Shown: positions 56,601 to 64,000 of the stretch, one piece after another | Layout of the letters: each line of letters starts with the position of its first letter | Numbering within the stretch: the stretch's first letter is position 1 | Source: the human T2T-CHM13v2.0 reference genome, Homo sapiens | Assembly (NCBI RefSeq): GCF_009914755.1 | Contig: NC_060939.1 | DNA length: 64,000 nucleotides | Reading direction: 5' to 3' (one strand) | Translations under genes and position numbers: made by a program | Notes under the pieces: generated by a model | Told to the model about the DNA's origin: nothing | The model's input: the letters and a program-made list of their open reading frames with translations, nothing else | Database searches by the model: none

Positions 56601-58400
56601 ATTCCCTTTGATTCCATAACATTTGAGTCCATTCAATTCCATTCCTTTCGTTTCCATTCCATTTGATGCCATTCCATTCAATTCTGTTCTACTCGACTCC
56701 AATACATTCAATTCCATTCCATCCGATTCCATTACATTCTTTTCATTTCTTATCCATTTCAAGCCATTCCACTCCATTCCATTCCACTCGTTTCCTTTCC
56801 ATTCGAGTCCATTCCTCTCCAGTCCATTCCGTTCAATCCATTCCATTCCAGTCCATTCCATTCGAGTCCGTTCCATTCCAGTCCATTCCATTCGAGTCAA
56901 TTCCATTCCATTCGATGTCTTTCCATAACGATCCATTCCATTCTATTCCTTTCGATTCCATTCCATTCTATTTCATTCCATTCGATTCCCTTCCATTGGA
57001 CTCCTTTCCATTCGAGTGCATTCCATTCCGTTCCATTTCTTTCCGTTCTGTACGATTCCTACCGTTCGATTTCATTTTGTTCCAGTCCATTCCTTTCGCG
57101 TCCATTCCATTCCATTTCACTCCATTCGATTCCATTCCACTCGATTCCACTTTGTTCCATTTCATTGCATTCCATTCTATTCAACTCTATTGCCTTCCAT
57201 TCCATTCCATTCGATTACATTCCATGCGATTCCATTCGAAATCGAATCAATTACATTGCAATCCATTACTATTGAGTCCGTTTTATTCCAGTCCACTGCA
57301 TTCTGGTCCATTCCATTTGATTCCATTCCATTCTATTCCATTCCATACAGTTGCATTCCATTGGATTCCATGCTATATCTATAAATTCAATTCGAGACCA
57401 TTGCTTTTCAGTCCATTCTATATGATTCCATTCCATTCAAGTCCATTACATTTGGTTCAATTCCATTCCATTCCATTCCCTTCCATTCCATTCCAGTTGA
57501 TATCAATCCATTCGATTCCATTCCATTCGAGCACATTCCATTCGAGTCCATTCCATTCGTTGCCATTCCATTTGATTCTATTCCATTAGTCTCCATTCAA
57601 TTCCATTAATCTCCATTCCATTCCATTCTACTCCAACTAATTTCATTCCATTCTATTCCTTTCCATTCCATTTCATTCCATTCCATTCCATTTCATTCCA
57701 TTCCATTCCATTCGTGTCCATTCCACTCCAGTCCATTCCATTCGTGTCCATACCATTCCAGTCCATTCCATTTGTGTCCACTGCATTCCATTCCACTCCA
57801 TTCCATATTATTCCATTACACTCCATTCCATTCTATTACTTTCATTTCCATTCCATTCCATTCCATTCCATTCAGTTCCATTCCATTCTGTTCCATTCCA
57901 TTCCATTCCATTCGGTACCATTCCATAGTGTTCCATTCGATTCCATTCGAATCCATTCCATTCCTGTCCTTTCCATTCGATTCCATTCCATTCATTTCAA
58001 TTCCATTCCATTCCATTCCATTCCATTCCACTTGATTCCTCTCCATTCCCTTCCACTGCATTCCGTTCGATTCCATTCCATTGCATTGCATTCCATTCCA
58101 TTGGATTGCATTCCATTCGATTCCATTCCATTCGAATCAATTACATAGCAATCCATTACATTCGAGTCTATTCTCTTCCGTTCCATTCGATTTCGTTCCA
58201 ATCCATTCGATTCCATTCCATTCGATTCCATTCCATACTATTGCATTCCATTCGATTAAATTATATTCGAATAAGTTCCATTCAAGACCATTTCTTTTGA
58301 GTCCATTCTATTTGAGTCCATTCCCTTTGATTCCATAACATTTGAGTCCATTCAGTTCCATTCCTTTCGTTTCCATTCCATTTGATGCCATTCCATTCAA
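53700..58400 (+). repeat. Pair of 75 bp-deleted units at a 3488 bp offset
   Basis: Units 54226 and 57714 both lack 60+15 bp and share TTTTCAGTCC (53921/57409), GTTGCC, CCAACTAATT, CATACCATTC, GATTAAATT and CATTCAGTTCCATTCCTTTCG. Confidence 0.85.
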
Positions 58401-58799
58401 TTCTGTTCTACTCGACTCCAATACATTCAACTCCATTCCATCCGATTCCATTACATTCTTTTCATTTCTTATCCATTTCAAGCCATTCCACTCCATTCCA
58501 TTCCACTCGTTTCCTTTCCATTCGAGTCCATTCCTCTCCAGTCCATTCCGTTCAATCCATTCCATTCCAGTCCATTCCATTCGAGTCCGTTCCATTCCAG
58601 TCCATTCCATTCGAGTCAATTCCATTCCATTCGATGTCTTTCCATAACGATCCATTCCATTCTATTCCTTTCGATTCCATTCCATTCTATTTCATTCCAT
58701 TCGATTCCCTTCCATTGGACTCCTTTCCATTCGAGTGCATTCCATTCCGTTCCATTTCTTTCCGTTCTGTACGATTCCTACCGTTCGATTTCATTTTGT

Positions 58800-61700
58800 T
58801 CCAGTCCATTCCTTTCGCTTCCATTCCATTCCATTTCACTCCATTCGATTCCATTCCACTCGATTCCACTTCGTTCCATTTCATTGCATTCCATTCTATT
58901 CAACTCTATTGCCTTCCATTCCATTCCATTCGATTACATTCCATGCGATTCCATTCGAAATCGAATCAATTACATTGCAATCCATTACAATTGAGTCCGT
59001 TTTATTCCAGTCCACTGCATTCTGGTCCATTCCATTTGATTCCATTCCATTCTATTCCATTCCATACAGTTGCATTCCATTGGATTCCATTCTATATCTA
59101 TAAATTCAATTCGAGACCATTGCTTTTGAGTCCATTCTATATGATTCCATTCCATTCAAGTCCATTACATTTGGTTCAATTCCATTCCATTCCATTCCCT
59201 TCCATTCCATTCCAGTTGATATCAATCCATTCGATTCCATTCCATTCGAGCACATTCCATTCGAGTCCATTCCATTCGATGCCATTCCATTTGATTCTAT
59301 TCCATTAGTCTCCATTCAATTCCATTAATCTCCATTCCATTCCATTCTACTCCAACTGATTCCATTCCATTCTATTCCTTTCCATTCCATTTCATTCCAT
59401 TCCATTCCATTTCATTCCATTCCATTCCATTCGCTTCCATTCCATTCGTGTCCATTCCACTCCAGTCCATTCCATTCGTGTCCATTCCATTCCAGTCCAT
59501 TCCATTTGTGTCCACTGCATTCCATTCCACTCCATTCCATATTATTCCATTACACTCCCTTCCATTCTATTACTTTCATTTCCATTCATTTCCATTCCAT
59601 TTGATTCCATTCCACTCGGTTTCATTCCATTTGAGTCCACTCCATTCCATTCCATTCCATTCCATTCAGTTCCATTCCATTCTGTTCCATTCCATTCCGT
59701 TCCATTGCATTCCATTCCATTCGGTACCATTCCATATTGTTCCATTTGATTCCATTCGAATCCATTCCATTCCAGTCCATTCCATTCGATTCCATTCCAT
59801 TCCTTTCAATTCCATTCCATTCCATTCCATTCCACTTGATTCCACTCCATTCCCTTCCACTGCATTCCATTCGATTCCATTCCATTGCATTGCATTCCAT
59901 TCCATTGGACTGCATTTCATTCGATTCCATTCCATGCGAATCAATTACATAGCAATCCATTACATTCGAGTCTATTCTATTCCGTTCCATTCGATTTCGT
60001 TCCAATCCATTCGATTCCATTCCATTCGATTCCATTCCATACTATTGCATTCCATTCTATTACATTATATTCGAATAAGTTCCATTCAAGACCATTTCTT
60101 TTGAGTCCATTCTATTTGAGTCCATTCCCTTTGATTCCATAACATTTGAGTCCATTCAATTCCATTCCTTTCGTTTCCATTCCATTTGATGCCATTCCAT
60201 TCAATTCTGTTCTACTCGACTCCAATACATTCAATTCCATTCCATCCGATTCCATTACATTCTTTTCATTTCTTATCCATTTCAAGCCATTCCACTCCAT
60301 TCCATTCCACTCGTTTCCTTTCCATTCGAGTCCATTCCTCTCCAGTCCATTCCGTTCAATCCATTCCATTCCAGTCCATTCCATTCGAGTCCGTTCCATT
60401 CCAGACCATTCCAATCGAGTCAATTCCATTCCATTCGATGTCTTTCCATAACGATCCATTCCATTCTATTCCTTTCGATTCCATTCCATTCTATTTCATT
60501 CCATTCGATTCCCTTCCATTGGACTCCTTTCCATTCGAGTGCATTCCATTCCGTTCCATTTCTTTCCGTTCTGTACGATTCCTACCGTTCGATTTCATTT
60601 TGTTCCAGTCCATTCCTTTCGCGTCCATTCCATTCCATTTCACTCCATTCGATTCCATTCCACTCGATTCCACTTCGTTCCATTTCATTGCATTCCATTC
60701 TATTCAACTCTATTGCCTTCCATTCCATTCCATTCGATTACATTCCATGCGATTCCATTCGAAATCGAATCAATTACATTGCAATCCATTACTATTGAGT
60801 CCGTTTTATTCCAGTCCACTGCATTCTGGTCTATTCCATTTGATTCCATTCCATTCTATTCCATTCCATACAGTTGCATTCCATTGGATTCCATGCTATA
60901 TCTATAAATTCAATTCGAGACCATTGCTTTTGAGTCCATTCTATATGATTCCAATCCATTGAAGTCCATTACATTTGGTTGAATTCCATTCCATTCCATT
61001 CCCTTCCATTCCATTCCAGTTGATATCAATCCATTCGATTCCATTCCATTCGAGCACATTCCATTCGAGTCCATTCCATTCGATGCCATTCCATTTGATT
61101 CTATTCCATTAGTCTCCATTCAATTCCATTAATCTCCATTCCATTCCATTCTACTCCAACTGATTCCATTCCATTCTATTCCTTTCCATTCCATTTCATT
61201 CCATTCTATTCCATTTCATTCCATTCCATTCCATTCGTGTCCATTCCACTCCAGTCCATTCCATTCGTGTCCATTCCATTCCAGTCCATTCCATTCGTGT
61301 CCACTGCATTCCATTACACTCCATTCCATATTATTCCATTACACTCCATTCCATTCTATTACTTTCATTTCCATTCAATTCCATTCCATTTGATTCCATT
61401 CCACTCGGTTTCATTCCATTTGAGTCCACTCCATTGCATTCCATTCCATTCAGTTCCATTACATTCCATTCCATTCGGTACCATTCCATATTGTTCCATT
61501 CGATTCCATTCGAATCCATTCCATTCCAGTCCATTCCATTCGATTCCATTCCATTCATTTCAATTCCATTCCATTCCATTCCATTACATTCCACTTGATT
61601 CCTCTCCATTCCCTTCCACTGCATTCCGTTCGACTCCATTCCATTGCATTGCATTCCATTCCATTGGATTGCATTCCATTCGATTCCATTCCATTCGAAT

Positions 61701-64000
61701 CAATTACATAGCAATCCATTACATTCGAGTCTATTCTATTCCGTTCCATTCGATTTTGTTCCAATCCATTCGATTCCATTCCATTAGATTCCATTCCATA
61801 CTATTGCATTCCATTCGATTACATTATATTCGAATAAGTTCCATTCAAGACCATTTCTTTTGAGTCCATTCTATTTGAGTCCATTCCCTTTGATTCCATA
61901 ACATTTGAGTCCATTCAATTCCATTCCTTTCGTTTCCATTCCATTTGATGCCATTCCATTCAATTCTGTTCTACTCGACTCCAATACATTCAATTCCACT
62001 CCATCCGATTCCATTACATTCTTTTCATTTCTTATCCATTTCAAGCCATTCCACTCCATTCCATTCCACTCGTTTCCTTTCCATTCGAGTCCATTCCTCT
62101 CCAGTCCATTCCGTTCAATCCATTCCATTCCAGTCCATTCCATTCGAGTCCGTTCCATTCCAGTCCATTCCATTCGAGTCAATTCCATTCCATTCGATGT
62201 CTTTCCATAACGATCCATTCCATTCTATTCCTTTCGATTCCATTCCATTCTATTTCATTCCATTCGATTCCCTTCCATTGGACTCCTTTCCATTCGAGTG
62301 CATTCCATTCCGTTCCATTTCTTTCCGTTCTGTACGATTCCTACCGTTCGATTTCATTTTGTTCCAGTCCATTCCTTTCGCGTCCATTCCATTCCATTTC
62401 ACTCCATTCGATTCCATTCCACTCGATTCCACTTCGTTCCATTTCATTGCATTCCATTCTATTCAACTCTATTGCCTTCCATTCCATTCCATTCGATTAC
62501 ATTCCATGCGATTCCATTCGAAATCGAATCAATTACATTGCAACCCATTACAATTGAGTCCGTTTTATTCCAGTCCACTGCATTCTGGTCCATTCCATTT
62601 GATTCCATTCCATTCTATTCCATTCCATACAGTTGCATTCCATTGGATTCCATTCTATATCTATAAATTCAATTCGAGACCATTGCTTTTGAGTCCATTC
62701 TATATGATTCCATTCCATTCAAGTCCATTACATTTGGTTCAATTCCATTCCATTCCATTCCCTTCCATTCCATTCCATTTGATATCAATCCATTCGATTC
62801 CATTCCATTCGAGCACATTCCATTCGAGTCCATTCCATTCGATGCCATTCCATTTGATTCTATTCCATTAGTCTCCATTAAATTCCATTAATCTCCATTC
62901 CATTCCATTCTACTCCAACTGATTCCATTCCATTCTATTCCTTTCCATTCCATTTCATTCCATTCCATTCCATTTCATTCCATTCCATTCCATTCGTGTC
63001 CATTCCACTCCAGTCCATTCCATTCGTGTCCATTCCGTTCCAGTCCATTCCATTTGTGTCCACTGCATTCCATTCCACTCCATTCCATATTATTCCATTA
63101 CACTCCATTCCATTCTATTACTTTCATTTCCATTCAATTCCATTCCATTTGATTCCATTCCACTCGGTTTCATTCCATTTGAGTCCACTCCATTCCATTC
63201 CATTCCATTCAGTTCCATTACATTCCATTCCATTCGGTACCATTCCATATTGTTCCATTCGATTCCATTCGAATCCATTCCATTCCAGTCCATTCCATTC
63301 GATTCCATTCCATTCATTTCAATTCCATTCCATTCCATTCCACTACATTCCACTTGATTCCTCTCCATTCCCTTCCACTGCATTCCGTTCGATTCCATTC
63401 CATTGCATTGCATTCCATTCCATTGGATTGCATTCCATTCGATTCCATTCCATTCGAATCAATTACATAGCAATCCATTACATTCGAGTCTATTCTATTC
63501 CGTTCCATTCGATTTTGTTCCAATCCATTCGATTCCATTCCATTCGATTCCATTCCATACTATTGCATTCCATTCGATTACATTATATTCGAATAAGTTC
63601 CATTCAAGACCATTTCTTTTGAGTCCATTCTATTTGAGTCCATTCCCTTTGATTCCATAACATTTGAGTCCATTCAATTCCATTCCTTTCGTTTCCATTC
63701 CATTTGATGCCATTCCATTCAATTCTCTTCTACTCGACTCCAATACATTCAATTCCATTCCATCCGATTCCATTACATTCTTTTCATTTCTTATCCATTT
63801 CAAGCCATTCCACTCCATTCCATTCCACTCGTTTCCTTTCCATTCGAGTCCATTCCTCTCCCGTCCATTCCGTTCAATCCATTCCATTCCAGTCCACTCC
63901 ATTCGAGTCCGTTCCATTCCAGTGCATTCCATTCGAGTCAATTCCATTCCATTCGATGTCTTTCCATAACGATCCATTCCATTCTATTCCTTTCGATTCC
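58800..64000 (+). repeat. More diverged copy of ~41.2-46.4 kb (offset 17,640 bp)
   Basis: Landmarks map 41808 to 59448, 43597 to 61237 and 45356 to 62996. Shared rare variants include CAACCCATTA, GTCTCCATTAAATT, CACTACATTC and CCAGTGCATTCC. Confidence 0.85.

Larger units (their letters stand above)
1..64000 (+). repeat. Satellite III (HSat3) array, degenerate (CATTC)n / (GAATG)n, C-rich strand on +
   Basis: Every line consists of CATTC pentamers and 1-2 nt variants (GATTC, GAGTC, CAGTC, TATTC, CACTC, CATTA). Long perfect CATTC runs are present, and the CATTCGATGAT-type motifs typical of HSat2 are absent. No unique sequence or orientation switch was seen. The array runs off both ends of the window. 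Confidence 0.97.
1..64000 (+). repeat. ~1.8 kb higher-order repeat, about 36 tandem copies
   Basis: The landmark GTGTCCATTCCACTCCAGTCC starts at 706, 2495, 4269, 6063, 7857, 9666, 11475, 13284, 15073, 16882, 18631, 20425, 22234, 24008, 25797, 27571, 29360, 31119, 32868, 34662, 36471, 38245, 40034, 41808, 43597, 45356, 47130, 48904, 50663, 52467, 54226, 55945, 57714, 59448, 61237 and 62996, with spacings of 1719-1809 bp. Other once-per-unit landmarks are GTACGATTCCTACCG, TATAAATTCAATTCGAGACC and GATGTCTTTCCATAACGATCC. Confidence 0.97.

Noticed and set aside
8-63977. Hundreds of ORFs, including a 298-313 aa ORF in most units (SIPFH-type on +, MEWNG-type on -)
   Set aside because: (CATTC)n has no stop codon in any frame, so long low-complexity ORFs are expected. 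They show no domains, many have non-ATG starts, and they are freely broken by stops (e.g. 21779, 53567, 60962) or reframed by 5n indels.
1-64000. HSat2 (chromosome 1 also has a ~1.8 kb unit)
   Set aside because: The sequence is dominated by in-phase CATTC runs and lacks the frequent GATGAT-type phase-breaking motifs that characterise HSat2.
1-64000. CRISPR-like repeat/spacer array or other prokaryotic system
   Set aside because: There are no unique spacers and no cas or other genes. All variable segments are pentamer derivatives repeated in every unit.
1-64000. Embedded transposon (Alu/L1), inversion or telomeric repeat
   Set aside because: I saw no G-rich or poly(A) segment, no switch to GAATG on the + strand, and no unit spacing large enough to hold an insertion.

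Overview
The whole 64 kb is one uninterrupted, single-orientation array of degenerate (CATTC)n pentamers, i.e. human/great-ape Satellite III (HSat3). It is organised as about 36 tandem copies of a ~1.8 kb higher-order unit (1719-1809 bp, base form 1794 bp) that normally carries one KpnI and one EcoRV site. This best fits the D15Z1-type 1.8 kb KpnI family of chromosome 15p; that assignment is an inference and was not verified by alignment. I see no protein-coding genes, RNA genes, transposons, CRISPR arrays or inversions, and all ORFs are artefacts of the pentamer. I found no credible new gene system. The interest lies in the nested repeat architecture: 5 bp, then 15/30 bp, then an old internal ~965 bp-offset duplication, then the 1.8 kb unit, then a 3563 bp A/B dimer, then a near-identical 14,237 bp tandem duplication of 8 units whose junction maps to ~100 bp. 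There is also a 17,640 bp-offset older copy, a recurrent indel hotspot, reciprocal-looking recombinant alleles and multi-nucleotide conversion or mutation clusters.
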